A stretch of DNA of 64,000 nt, taken from NCBI GenBank assembly GCA_033442325.1, contig JAWQFM010000015.1, positions 875,254 through 939,253 of the forward strand, written 5' to 3'. The position numbers were made by a program, and so were the translations under genes. The notes under the pieces are model-generated. The model was not told the DNA's origin and searched no databases. It saw only the letters and a list, made by a program, of their open reading frames with translations. Of the stretch, positions 38,532-51,400 are shown piece after piece (positions within the stretch are counted from its first letter, which is position 1; the number at the start of each line of letters is the position of its first letter). This stretch comes from Salpingoeca rosetta (lineage: Eukaryota > Protista > Choanoflagellata).

Positions 38532-39596
38532 AACGGGTGTTTGAAATGAAGCATGTGCCTTGTCAAGCGTTTTTTTTTTCACTCTCACACTGGATGTTTG
38601 CTTTGCTTCGCTGTGATATCAGGTATCTGGGGACGCCCTTGCGCGCGTGTGCATCATCTCGGCCATGGCGGAGCTCCACCTCCTCCTCAACCAAACCGAC
38701 GTTACAAAGGTCTGTCTGTGTGTCTGTGTGTCTGTGTCTGTCTGTCCATGTATGTCCATGTATGTCTGTGTGTGTCTGTGTGTCTGTGTGTCTGTGACTG
38801 TGTGTCTGTCTGTCTGCCCCTGTCTGTGTGTCAACATGGCTTCTCCTCCCTGTGCTCCCTCATACCCACCCCTACTCACTCACCACACCACCACCCTGAT
38901 CAGGCAAAGTTGAAGGAGGCAGAGGCGCTGCTCGAGGAGCAGGCCGGCGTCACGGAGATGCACGCAAACTTCTACCGCGTCGCCGCAGAGTACTACAAGG
39001 TTCGGCGACGAAGAGGAAAGGGGGGAGGAAAAAGTACCTGTGGTGCTTGCAGCGGTGGTGGTGGTGGTGGTGACATAAACGAGGCGAGTGGCTGCTTTCT
39101 TCTACAGCTTGGCACTTGTCCTCTGCCTACTCACACCACCTCCACTTGTAACTCTCCCCACATGCAACACTCACCACACGCACCACTTTCACCACTCCCG
39201 ATACCAACGAACAGAACCAGGGCGTGTACCACGAGTTTTACACGAATGCACTGCGCTATCTCGGCTGCATTGAGCTCGACACGCTCGGACGTGAGATGAC
39301 GCGAGCACGCGGGCGGGCGATGAGTCATAAAGAGGGAAGGGGGGGGAGGATAATTTGGAGGAGAAAGAGGGGAGGGAGACGACAGTCTGTTCGCTGCGGT
39401 GTTGCCGCTGCGTGCATGTGCACTCACGTTGTACTCTTCACACTGCACACATATTGGCTCATGACCGCTGCCACGATCACCGTCACTGCCATCACCGCCA
39501 CCACCAACAGCTGAGCAGCAGGTGCAGCGCGCGTTTGATCTCGCCCTCGCCGCCATTTTGGGCAAGGGTGTCTACAACTTTGGCGAGCTGGTACGC

Positions 39597-39667
<71 letters not shown>

Positions 39668-39799
39668 CTGCTGGTTTGCCGGTCTGAACACTTCTCCTCC
39701 TCATCCACCACCACATCATCGTCGTTATGACTGTTTCACTTCTCATGTGCCATGCATCACCTCCCTTTCATTGTGCATTCGTGTGCGTGTGTGTGTGTG

Positions 39800-39858
<59 letters not shown>

Positions 39859-39992
39859 ACAGCTTGCCCACCCGATCCTGGAGAGCCTGCGCTCGACATC
39901 GAAGGAGTGGCTCATCGACCTCCTTTACGCCTTCAACAGCGGTGCGCTGAACGTGAACACGCGTGCACGTGTCGGCGTGGAGGGGTTTGGAG

Positions 39993-40037
<45 letters not shown>

Positions 40038-40184
40038 GTACTACGACGAGAGAAGTAGGCGATGAGCACTGCTGACTTTGTGCGCTCCCTGTTCGAATAC
40101 GGGGATTAGGGCAATCTAGCTAATGGTGGTTACGGCCCCTAAAAATGTTAAGCCCTTACCTAGAGAGTGTGGTGGTCATACTTG

Positions 40185-40231
<47 letters not shown>

Positions 40232-40521
40232 TCTTCAAACCCGTGAAGGCGAAAGACACCGTTGTGATTGATGTGCCGTGTAGTTGAACGCTCCACCGCG
40301 TGTGCTGTGTGTCACTCATCTCTACCACATCATTGCACCACCACCCCCAGGTGACCTTGCCAAGTTTGAGTTTCTGCAGCCGCAGTGGGGCAGCGACCCA
40401 GACCTCAAGGCCAAGTAAGGAGGGGGGGGGGGGTGATGGCGGTGGTGGTGGTGAAAGTGGTTGTGGTGGCTGCTGTGCATTGCTTTGTTGATGAAATGCA
40501 CGCATTTCGCTTTAGTCATCG

Positions 40522-40561
<40 letters not shown>

Positions 40562-40864
40562 CGCACGCACGCACACCCACGCCCACGCATGGCCGTGGTC
40601 GCAGTGAGAGCGTGATGCAAGAGAAGATCCGGCTGCTTGCGCTGATGGAGATGGTGTTCCGCGCGCCGGCGAACAACCGCCGTCTCGCCTTTGACGCCAT
40701 TGGCGACGCCACCAAGACCCCTGTCGACCAGGTGCGGGCGCTGCGCGTGTGTTGCACGTGCGTTTGTGTTTGTGTTGAATTTGTGCTGTGTATCTGTAGC
40801 TCTGAGTGCGAGCCCTGTTTCGTTCAGTTCCTCACCCCAGCTCCCCCCCCCCCCACACACACAC

Positions 40865-40914
<50 letters not shown>

Positions 40915-41143
40915 GCACGCATGTCAGGTTGAGATGCTTGTGATGAAGGCGCTGTCGCTGGGGCTGGTCCGCGGCTCCCTCGATGAGGTGGACAGCGTCG
41001 CCGTGCTCACGTGGGTGCAGCCAAGAGTGCTGAGTCAGCAGCAGGTGGAGGCGATGGCCACCCGCTTCAACGCCTGGACGGCGACGGTGGACCAAACCGC
41101 CTCTGCCATGGAGACGCGGGCCCCCGAGCTCTACGCGCTGTAA
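37046..41143 (+). CDS. PSMD13: 26S proteasome non-ATPase regulatory subunit 13 (Rpn9), PCI domain, multi-exon
   Basis: [98 protein letters not shown]...TWVQPRVL. Confidence 0.95.
38391..38490. other. Assembly gap (100 N) inside a PSMD13 intron, flanked by (TG)n
   Basis: A run of 100 n characters. Confidence 0.99.
39599..39662. repeat. (CT)n microsatellite
   Basis: Direct reading; lies in a PSMD13 intron. Confidence 0.97.
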
Positions 41144-41552
41144 ACACACACACACACCATGTGCGTGTTGTGCTTGGGTTGTGTGCTCTTTGGTTGGTGC
41201 AAAGGGTCTTTGAGTTGCTGTTCGTGGGTTTGGTTGTTTGGTTGAAAAACAGATAAACGTTGCTCGCAAACAGCAAGCAAGCAAGCAAGAAGTTGACCAA
41301 CAACAAGGGACCAAACATCTACTCAAAATCAACGTCGCACACGCTTTGCACGCGTGCACATTCAACACAGGAGCATACACTACTTGCATAACAACAAACA
41401 CACACACACAATCACAATCACACATCACAAACACACGCACAAACACACAATCACACATCACACATCACACACACACGCACACACACAATCACAAACACAC
41501 ACACACAATCACACCATCACACACACAATCACACACAATCACGCCATCAGAA

Positions 41553-43393
41553 TCAGAGGGCAAAGACGCCCTCGGTGTGAATGGCGTTGCCTGTGAGGGA
41601 GACGAGACACAGCTCCCACTCCATATGCTTCAGAATCTCCGCCATGAGTGCAGAGAACGAAACACCCGCCGCCGCCTCCACCTCCTGCGGCGTGTCCGGG
41701 CCATGCAGCAGCGTGCTGACGAGTGGCAGATCGTGTGCGCTCGCCATCACCATGGACAGGTCGACGCTGCCCTGCGGCCGGAAAAAATCGTCACTGGCTG
41801 CGGTGTCGTCGACAACCACCAGCCGCGATGCGCCGTGACGCGCGCACCAGTCCACCACGCAGTCGTCATCAGGCTCGCTCTCCACGGCCTTCCTGCGCGG
41901 CGCTGCTGGGCTGTCCCCATCATCATCATCGCCATCAGCAGCCACCACGTTGGCCTGCACAAAGGCGACCACGGCAGCAGCGATGCGACTGAGTGTGTCG
42001 TTGTGCACCCGATACAGCACGCGCACGCGGTCGGCCGTGTCCTCGTCGTCTGTCGAGCACACGTACTCTGGCATTTCGTCGCCCTGCATGAGGTGGAAGC
42101 GGCGGGCGTGAACATCTTCTCCTCTTGCTTCTCCGCGCGCGTGGCCAGCCTCACCACTGCTGCTGCTGCTGCTTGTGGTGGTGGTGGTGTTCGTGTTGAC
42201 GGTGGTGCCAGCTGTGGTGGCTGTCTCTGTGCCTGCGTCTGCTGCATGTGTCGATGCGGCGGGGCGGCGACGCAGCTCCCGCCGCAGCACGTCCTTGGCC
42301 TGGGAGACCTGGGTCAGGTTTGGGATGTGGCCCAGGCTGGCCAAGTGGATGAAGGGCAGGCGGTGGTAGCGCAGGCACGACAGGTTGGACAGCTTTGGGT
42401 GGGCTGCGAGCCGCGACACAAAGTTCTGCAGCTGCGTGAAGAGCTGCTGGGCGAGAGGGGACGCGCCGCCGGAGGAGGGCAGGGCGACGACGCCGTAGGT
42501 GCGGCGCATGGTGAGGTGGGCCAGCGTCGGGGACGGCAGGGTCGCCGTGGTGCTCCAGATGGTGCGGATGGAGCAGCAGTTGCGGATCTGCAGGCTCAGC
42601 GGGCTTCGCGCCTCCACGTTGAGCGTCTCGTTGATGAACCCCCAGTGGCAGACGATGGCGATGCGCGTCTCCGGGCACACGGAGAGCCAGTTGAAGAAGG
42701 TGCGCAGGCGGCCGACGCGGTCGCCGGCAATGTGCCACCAGTTGTCTGCGACGCCGTCCAGGCGCACGTCGTCAAAGCGCGAGAGCGCAGAGAGCATCAG
42801 GCACGACTTGAGGTCCTGCCGGTTGCGACCTTGGCACTCTGGCATGTCTGGGTAGAACTCTGTGATGACGGGCCAGGCGTAGATGGGGCACTTCTCCTCG
42901 GCAAAGGCGATGCACGCCGTCTGGATGGCCCGCGTCAGTGGAGAGCAGTACACCGTCTGCACGCCCCACTTCTTCACAGCTGCGCGCATGCATGGAATAA
43001 CGTCGGTGGTGGCGTTGGTGGCGGTGTTGTTGAGGTGAGATAAAAAGCATGGGGGGTGACAACCGAGCCAGCGAGTAAAGCAAGATGCATGAATGCACAT
43101 GAAGAACAGTCGATGCGCACAAGCCACGCGCACGCAAGCCCCACAAACACACACGCACACGCACCTGACTGCAAGCCCATGGCCTGTTCATGGCCGATCC
43201 TGGTGAGGGGCGCATCGCGAAAGTCTGGGTGGTTGTTGTCGGACGCAACGTTTGCCTCGCTCTGGCCATGGCGCACAAAGTACACCACCTTGTGGCCTCC
43301 CTGCTTCACATCGTCGGGAAGGCTGTCCTCCCCGTGGTGGTGGTCTTCCACCACATCCACAAGCTGGATGTGCGGCGGAATCAGGCTGGCCAT
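41553..43393 (-). CDS. Histidine phosphatase / phosphoglycerate mutase family protein with a long C-terminal extension, 2 exons
   Basis: VVYFVRHGQSEAN (RHG), DAPLTRIGHEQA, VYCSPLTRAIQTA, IAIVCHWGFI. One GT-AG intron at about 42980-43164. Confidence 0.88.
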
Positions 43394-43920
43394 CGTGGAG
43401 TTGGGGGGAAGGTGGTGCGGTCGTGTGGTGTGTTGTCTTCTTGTTGTCGTGTGTTCTTGTTGCGGTTGTATTGGTTGTGGGCAAAAACTGCCAAGTCAGC
43501 AGAAACGGCCGTGTTTTGGTTGGCACAAACATGTCCGCACGTTTGTGGTGGTAAGACTGAACTGACAGCAGCGCCAAACCGCTCTCGCGCACACCTCAAC
43601 ACAAAAGAAGGTGAGCGCGGAAGCTGTACTGTTGTGTGTCTGGGACGGGAGTCAGGATGGTGGTGGTGATGCGGCAGTATCGTATCGATGAGCTGAATGA
43701 GCAGCGATCGTGTGTGCAAACGTGCCACTGACTTTAGGACTTCACACACACTCTCTCTTCTGTCACACACTCACTCTCACTCACACACTCACTCTCACTC
43801 ACTCACACACTCTCTCTCACTCTCAGTCACACACACACACACACTCACTCACTCACTCACACACACACACACTCACACACTCTCTCTTACATCCACACAC
43901 ACACACACACAGCCTCAGTC

Positions 43921-44121
43921 ATGACACGTCAGCGGCGTCGACGCGGCCGCGCTCGTGCACTGCCAAGGATCGCCAATCGCGCCCCCAGCGCTGCCACTGC
44001 CCCCAGTACTGCCCCCAGTACTGCCCCCAGCGCTGCCACTGCCCCCAGTACTGCCCCCAGCGCTGCCTCTTCCTTCAGCGCAAACCACGCGCCAGCCAAC
44101 CCACAGCCACCGCCGCCGCCA

Positions 44122-44156
<35 letters not shown>

Positions 44157-47100
44157 CCAGCCGCTGCATATGGGTGGGCTTGATCTCGCCGGATGGACCC
44201 ACGTGGCCAACACGCTGATCAAGCAGGTTGGCGTGCCAGTAACGCGCGCACCGCTGAGCGGACCCACCGACCTGCGCAGCGTCAACAGCCTGCGCGCGTT
44301 CCTGCACCTCATGTTCACCTGCCGCGCCCTGTACCAGGAGCTCCCGTGGTCTGTCCCCAAGTGGTGCCTGGAACAAGCCTTCTTCGGCTTTGCCTCGCTG
44401 GACTGGCTGGACGGGGCCTCGCCGCTGAACTTGGACTGGGGCGAGGTCTGCGACGGCAACAGCACCGGCGGAGCATGGGAGGAAGAGCGGTTTGTGGCGT
44501 ACTCGCGCATGGGCATCCGCTGGGACGGCCGCTGCCGCTTCCTGCACCGCAGATGGACATCGCAGGACATGCTGCGCCAGTTTGCTGTGGTGGGCCGCGT
44601 CACCCTGCAGGGGCTCAACAGCACAGACGCCTGGGAAATGTGCGCCAGCCAGGGAACTTTGGGCGCGCCACCCAGAGACGACAACACTGGCCATGTTCAT
44701 CGTGATGACAGCAACGACAACCGTGCTGATGACGATGATGATGATGACGATGGTGATGACGACGGTGCCCAAGAGGCGCAGCCAACACAACAACAACAAC
44801 AACAACAGCAGGGAGCGGAGCCGCCAGTCGTGGTCATGCATGCTCGCCCAGCCTCGTTCACGTTCCAAGCCGGGTACTTCCTTGACACGTTTGATCAATC
44901 CTTCCACGGCTTCCAGGACCTCGTGCGCCCGTCAAAGTGCGAGCGCCTGGAAGTGCTCATGGAAACCGAGCGGTACGCGAACGGGTGGCACATGAACGTC
45001 CGCGACGTGTCTGCCCTGAACATCGCCTCCCACACCCCGCTCAACCGCATGACGCTGGCAAACGTGGACAAGGTGGAGCTGCAGCTGTGCCCGGCCCAGC
45101 GGGCCTTTGGCGCGCTGCTTGCCAGCCAGGGCGTGAAGAGCGTCACGCTCAAGCCACTACAGGGCACGCGTGGGCCCGCGCACGATTTTGACCTGCGCGA
45201 CATCCGCCGCGTGCCAGATGTGCACCTGTTCAACCTGGGCTGCATCACCGACCTCTCACCGCTCGGCGATGCGGAGAATGTCGTGCTGGACTACATTCAG
45301 CACGCGCGCAGCCTCGCACCGCTGGCCAACGTGTCGCACATCACGCTGCTGGAGTGCAACGGCCACACCCACAACCTCATGCTCCACTGCGATGGCATCC
45401 GCACCTGGCGCCTCAGGGGCGTCACGGGCACACTCACCCTGCCGCGCGCCACAGCCGTGCGCCTCTCAGACAGCCTCGACTTTGCAGAGGTCGTGTGTGG
45501 CAGCAAGCACATGGACGTGCTGCTGCTGGACAAGTGCACGGAGCTGCGCGCGGTGTCCCTGCCCAACTTGGAGGCCGCTTGCAGCGTGGACCTGAGATGC
45601 TGCCGTCACATCACCGAGCTCTCGGTCCCAGCCACCCGCATCAACAGCGTTGACCTGACCAAGTGCATGCGCCTCTCGTCCGTGCACTTGCCCAACCTGC
45701 AGCACCTGCGCTCGCTCAGCATCGACTACTGCAAGGACCTCACCACCATCACCTGCCCACGTCCGCTGCGGCTCAGCTTCCTCTGCCTGCATGCATGCAA
45801 CAAGTTGCGCAACATGAGCACCTTCTTTGAGCACGCCGACATGGCCATGCTCTTTGACATGGACGTGTCCAACCCCGAAGTCATGCGGCAGCTTGGCGCA
45901 CGCGCCAGCGCCCTCCACTTTCGCGGCACCTGCATCACCGACCTCGCCATGCTCAAGCACGTGCCAACCACCACGCGGGTGCACGTGTTCAACTTTCGCG
46001 GGGCTGTCCGCACGCCGCCGCCGCCCTGCCTGCACGAGCTGCACATGTCGGCCGATGCCACCAGCGGGCGCAGTGGCGAGTGCAGCATCGAGCACCTGCG
46101 CGGCGTGAAGAGGGTGCGCGTGCGTGGCAGCTCCACAAAGCTGACGGGGCTCAAGGCCATTTGTGGGCACGAGGAGTTTATGATCAGCCAGTGCTCGCTC
46201 GCAGATGCCACCATCACCGACTGCAAGCGCGTTGTCTTCAACAAGTGCACGTCCGATGTGCACCTCGCCACCATTGAATCGCTCGACATCAACAAGAGCA
46301 ACGTCAGGGTGAAGAGCATGGTCAACGTGCAGTCCGTCAACATGTACGGCTGCCGTGTTCGCATTGCCTCCACCAACAACGTGGGCGTGCTCGCTCTCCA
46401 CGACTGTGACATTGCCAGCTTTGAAGCATTTGCTGGCGTGCACACGCTGGTGCTGCGCAAGTGCAGGTTCGATGCCGCCGCTGTGTGCACGCTGCCCCGG
46501 GTGCCTGTCGTCGTTCTGCAGCACTGCACCGACACGACCAACCAGCGAGAGTACACGACCCACATCTTGCGTGCCGAGACAGCGCAGGAGCTGCATGCTG
46601 CCGTTGGCTCACCGGACCGCCACCGGTCACGCACGACCGTGGTCACCCGCGACGCCGTCCAGCGCGCGGCAAATGGGGTGTCACGCCTGTTTGGGCACTG
46701 CGGCACGCTCTCCCGCGAAATGCGCCGTGTTGACGATGAGCCGCTGTGGGCGAGCGGACCGGGCGTCCGGCGCTGGGCCAATGGCGATGACGGTGTTGAC
46801 GACGACATCGACCACATTGTCAACGACCCTTACCTCGGCATGAGTGACCTGTTCTTCCCCGACCCAGGCCACTTTATGCACGACGAGGGCAGCGGAAACG
46901 GCGGAAACGGCGGAAACGGGAGCCGCCAGGACCGGGGCGGGCAGGGGCAGGGGGAGGTGCGGCAGCAAGCCGGCAACAGAGACCCATACTTTGACTTTGA
47001 TGCGTTTGCAGGGTACGGTGTGACTGGGGCGCAAGATTTTGTGCCGTGGTCCCCGAGCATCTATGAGGGCGGCACTGATGCAAGCACATACGTGCCGCCG

Positions 47101-47220
47101 TTCATACCACCGGTCCCTGGTATGGAGGGCCAGGTGATGGTTGAGGACGCCTACGGGCAGGTCTTCATGATGAGTTTGGCAGAGGCGCTCCGCCGAGCCA
47201 ACAACATCCCGCCACAGTGA
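43921..47220 (+). CDS. Intronless leucine-rich-repeat protein (1099 aa)
   Basis: Long ORF with strong coding bias. Cys-containing LRR-like units include LLLDKCTELRAVSLPNL, VDLRCCRHITEL, VDLTKCMRLSSVHLPNL, LSIDYCKDLTTI, LALHDCDIASFEAFAGVHTLVLRKC and ITDLSPLG. Confidence 0.8.
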
Positions 47221-47270
47221 GCATGTCTGTGTGTGTGTGTGTGTGTGTGTCTGTGTTGTGTCTGAGTGTG

Positions 47271-47305
<35 letters not shown>

Positions 47306-47918
47306 GTGTGTGTGTGTGTGTTGTGTCTAGGTGTCTGAGTGTGTCTGTGTGTGGTGTGTCTGTGTGTGGTGGGTTGTGTGTGTGTGGTTGGTTGGTTGGT
47401 TGGTTGGTTGGTTGGTTGGTTGACGACGTAAGGTGTTGTGTTTCCGCCTCCGTTTCACTGCAGTGACTGCTTTCGTTGTACGTGTCTTGCACTGCGCAAT
47501 GCATGTTGGTTCATTCATTGCGGCCCATAATGGTGGAATTCATTGCGGCCCATAATGGTGGAAATGAAGTTCCAAACAGCACAACAAGACGTCACAACGT
47601 GTGCATGAAACGGTTATGTCGTGGTTTTACGTGGTGGGATGGTGGGAAACGTAACGAAAGAGGAGATCGACATCACATGACCACGTGCAGGATACAACGA
47701 ACGCGTTGGAGGAACACACTGACATAACAGCTCAGAGTCGTGCATCTCTCAAGCAATGCAACAGAAGAACAACAAAATTAACGGCAAGCGTGCAGCAGGT
47801 GTGGTGTGGTGCATCGGGGTATGTGAATGAAATCACGCCAGCAGAACAGGTGTGACCACAGCAGTGATGGCGTCAACACATCGCCTCGCCTTTGACAACC
47901 ACATCACCCAGTACGTTG

Positions 47919-48400
47919 CTAGGCTTCGCTTTCGCATTTCGTGAACGTCCGCGTCACCGCTTCAACCACATCATATGTCGGCTGGGATTGCTTGCGCTGC
48001 TGTTGCTGTTCACTCACAACTCGCAACCGCTGCCCAAACAGTGATTCATGCTGAGCACCGGCATTCTCGCCCAAAGCAACGCCACTGCGGCCAGCCTTTG
48101 CTTCTGCTTGCAGTTCGGTGCCCCTGTCTTCATGTTCTTCCTCCCACCCCTCTTCCTCAATGTCGTACAGCCCAGCCGACCACGCGTGCATGGAGTGCAC
48201 ACGCGAGTGGTGTGGTGTGTTGGGTTGCAACTCTGGCAACAGCGACGGCGTCGCATACACGTGCGTGGGATCGCTGTGGTGGTCCATGGACTGAGCGTCC
48301 ACTGCACTCTGCTGCTCATGCTGCTGCTGATGATGTTGTTGTCGCGGGGGTGCAATATCATACAAGGAAGGATTCCACTTGTGCTGCACTTGTGCTGGTT

Positions 48401-48472
<72 letters not shown>

Positions 48473-51400
48473 TGAGTGCAACGGTGTGATCTTCGAATGC
48501 TGGGCAGTGCACAGCACGCACGTTTGACCACTTCACCCTGCCGTTCACTTCACACCGATGACGTACAGCAAAGAGGAACACATCCCAACACCTCACTTCA
48601 ACTGCAACACCGCATGCACAGCAACAATTCATTGCACATACCAGTAGCATCCTCGCTGTGCGGAGAGAATGTTGGATTGGTCGCATTGATGATGTTCTTC
48701 ACCTGCGACAGTCAGCCAACATCAAGCAAACAAACGTGATGGTTCAGTCGAGGAGAGAAGAGGACGGATCTGAAGTCATCTCTGGTTTGCACCAAAACAA
48801 AGGACGTGTACGCAAGCAGACGCACCGTGGCAAGCTCTGCCTGAGCCCGTTTCCGTCGCCGCCACACAATAGAAGCCACGCACCCCAGGACCTACAGTGC
48901 CACGACACCGCGGTGTGGACACGTACACAGATACACAAGCAAACCAACAGGGGCAGGGTTCTGCGTAAGTGGTGGTGGATGACAGCTAGCAAACCAAAAG
49001 AAAACTTGGGAGGAAGAAGGATGTGCAACAGCCCACGCGGGTCTGGCACACGCACACACACACACACTGATCTTACAAACACACGCGCATTGGTCTAACA
49101 CATGCAGACTCACCAGCAGCACGCCAACGACGGCGCCTGCAACAGCACCACCATCGCTTCCACCGCCGCGCTTCTTAGCATCGGCAACAGACGTGATGTG
49201 CGCTGCTGCCAGGGTTTCGAGCCCTTCAAGCCGAGCAAGCAAGATGTCGGCAGGCACCCACTCCAAGCTGGTGCCGTTGCGAACCCCAAACTCAACCACC
49301 GTCGATGGCTGCGCCAACAGCCCACGCCGTCCACGGATCCAAGCGTTGTCGGAGTCGCTGTAGTTGTTGTTGTTGTTGTCGCTATCACGGCTGCTGCCAC
49401 TGCTGCTTCTCCTTCTCCTCCCTTGTTGTTGCTGTGGGACTGTGTTGATGTCGGTGGTGGGGCGACCGAGGGCTTTGTCGTAGACGAGAAACACCACCAC
49501 AAAGTCCACATTCAGCGCCTCCTCCAGGTCGCGCTCCAGCTGCTGCACGTCGCCACCAAAGATGGACTCCGCCGTGCCTGCAAGCACCAGCTCCACCACC
49601 TGGTCCGCCCGCTCCGGTCGCATCAGCGCCTCAACCACCACCGTCCGCACCGCAACACCCGTGTTGCCGTTCGCATCCGTCACCGCGTACTCAACCTCGT
49701 ACGTCCCCGCCACGTGCACGTCAATCGCATCGGCTCCACTCACCACCACCTGCGACGTCACGTTGCCGTCGTGCACATCCTGTGCGCTGTACCCGGCCTC
49801 CACATACCGTGTCGCATACAGCACGTGCACCTCCTCCGCGCCATACAGCGTCACGTCGGGCGGCGTCGTGTCCACCACCACCACCGCCCGCTGCACACCA
49901 ACAGCGGCGTTGCCTGCGCGGTCGTGCACGCTGTACTGCAGCACATACACGGTGCCCACCTCCGCCGACGCCACAGCAGCATCCAGCCCAAGAACATCAA
50001 ACGCTTCATCATTGCCTTGCTACGTGCTTGCATGCAGCACGCGTGCAATCGCATCCTCCCCGATACCGTCAACGTCGCCTGGCGCAACAACGCCGCTCGC
50101 GTCGCGCGTCACAACGCTCACGCCAACGCACACGTCCCCGCTCAGGTCGCCGTCGTGGGCGTCGAGAGCTGTTGCTCCAGGATCAGCAAATGAGCCGCGA
50201 TCGTCACCAAACTCCAGCGCCTGCACCCGATCCCCAAGCAGCTGCAGCGAGGGTGCCGTCGGGTCTGCAACCCGCACCACGCGCTCCACAAACGCCACGT
50301 TGCTCGCTGCGTCCGCCACCGTGTAGTTGATGCGGTACACGGTGCCGCTCGGCGCTCTCGACTCCACCGCGTCCATTCGAGGTGAAGACCACACGCGCGG
50401 CGACAGCGGCGGCATAAACGCGCGCGCAGACGAATACGCGCACACGGTGGGAACAACAACGCCGGCCTCCTCAAGCTGCGTCGTCGCCACCACACGCGAT
50501 CGCACATCACCATCGATGTTGTCATATGCACGTGCAATGCCCGGCTCAACCCACGTCACGCCGTCGCCAACCGTCACGCTCAGGTCCCCGCTGACGCGCA
50601 GGTCCGGCGGCGTTGTGTCGATTATGGTGATGGTGCGTGTGACGCTGGCCGTGTTGCGGGACGGGTCTGTCACCGTGTATGTCACAGTAAAGGTTGCAGG
50701 CGACGTTGTTGGCGCCGCCTCGTACCCTCCATCGTCAATCACCAGCGTCAAGTCGGCGTTGTCGTAGTACAGATCAGCCAGCGTCACGCCAGGGTCGATG
50801 TCGGTGAAGTTGCTGCCGGCCTCCACCACCAGCAGCGCGTCGCCAATGAGCTCGATGCTCGGGGCCGTGCGGTCCAGCACGTGCACGGTGCGGTTGATGG
50901 CGTCGCAGTTGCCGGCCTTGTCGCACGCGTCGTACTCCACCGTGAACACCGCGGGCACGGACGGCGGCTTGCTCAACACATTGTTGGTGACCACCACCTC
51001 CACCCCGCGCCCAATCGCATCCTCCAGCAGGTCCGTCGCTGTTGCTCCTGCATCGACATATTCCGTCCCGGCCTCGTGCGTGATGTTGTGCTCGCCATTG
51101 ATGGTGATGCTTGGCGCCATCGTGTCCCGCACCTCAATCACATACACCACCGTCGCCGTGTTGTCCGACGCATCCGTCGCCGTGTACGTGAACGTGAACT
51201 GCGTGCCGTCGTCCACAACCGAGTCGAAGGTCTGCAAGCAGGGGTGTGTGTGTGGGGGGGGATGTGTGTGGGTGTGGGGGTTGGGGGAAAAGGGTGTGTG
51301 AGACGGGGGAATGTGAGTGTAAAGGGAAAAGGGTGTGTGAGACGGGGAGTGAGAAGTGGGAGAAATGGAAGCGATGGAATGATGCATGACGTGGTCAAGA

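Noticed and set aside
40086-40105. GTTCGAAT resembling a tRNA T-loop or B box
   Set aside because: The T-stem does not pair properly and no cloverleaf can be built. It also lies in probable gap-fill sequence.
47514-47563. Perfect 25-bp tandem duplication TTCATTGCGGCCCATAATGGTGGAA
   Set aside because: There are two copies with no spacer, which is ordinary slippage and not CRISPR. Similar local duplications occur near 30530, 51285 and 61950.
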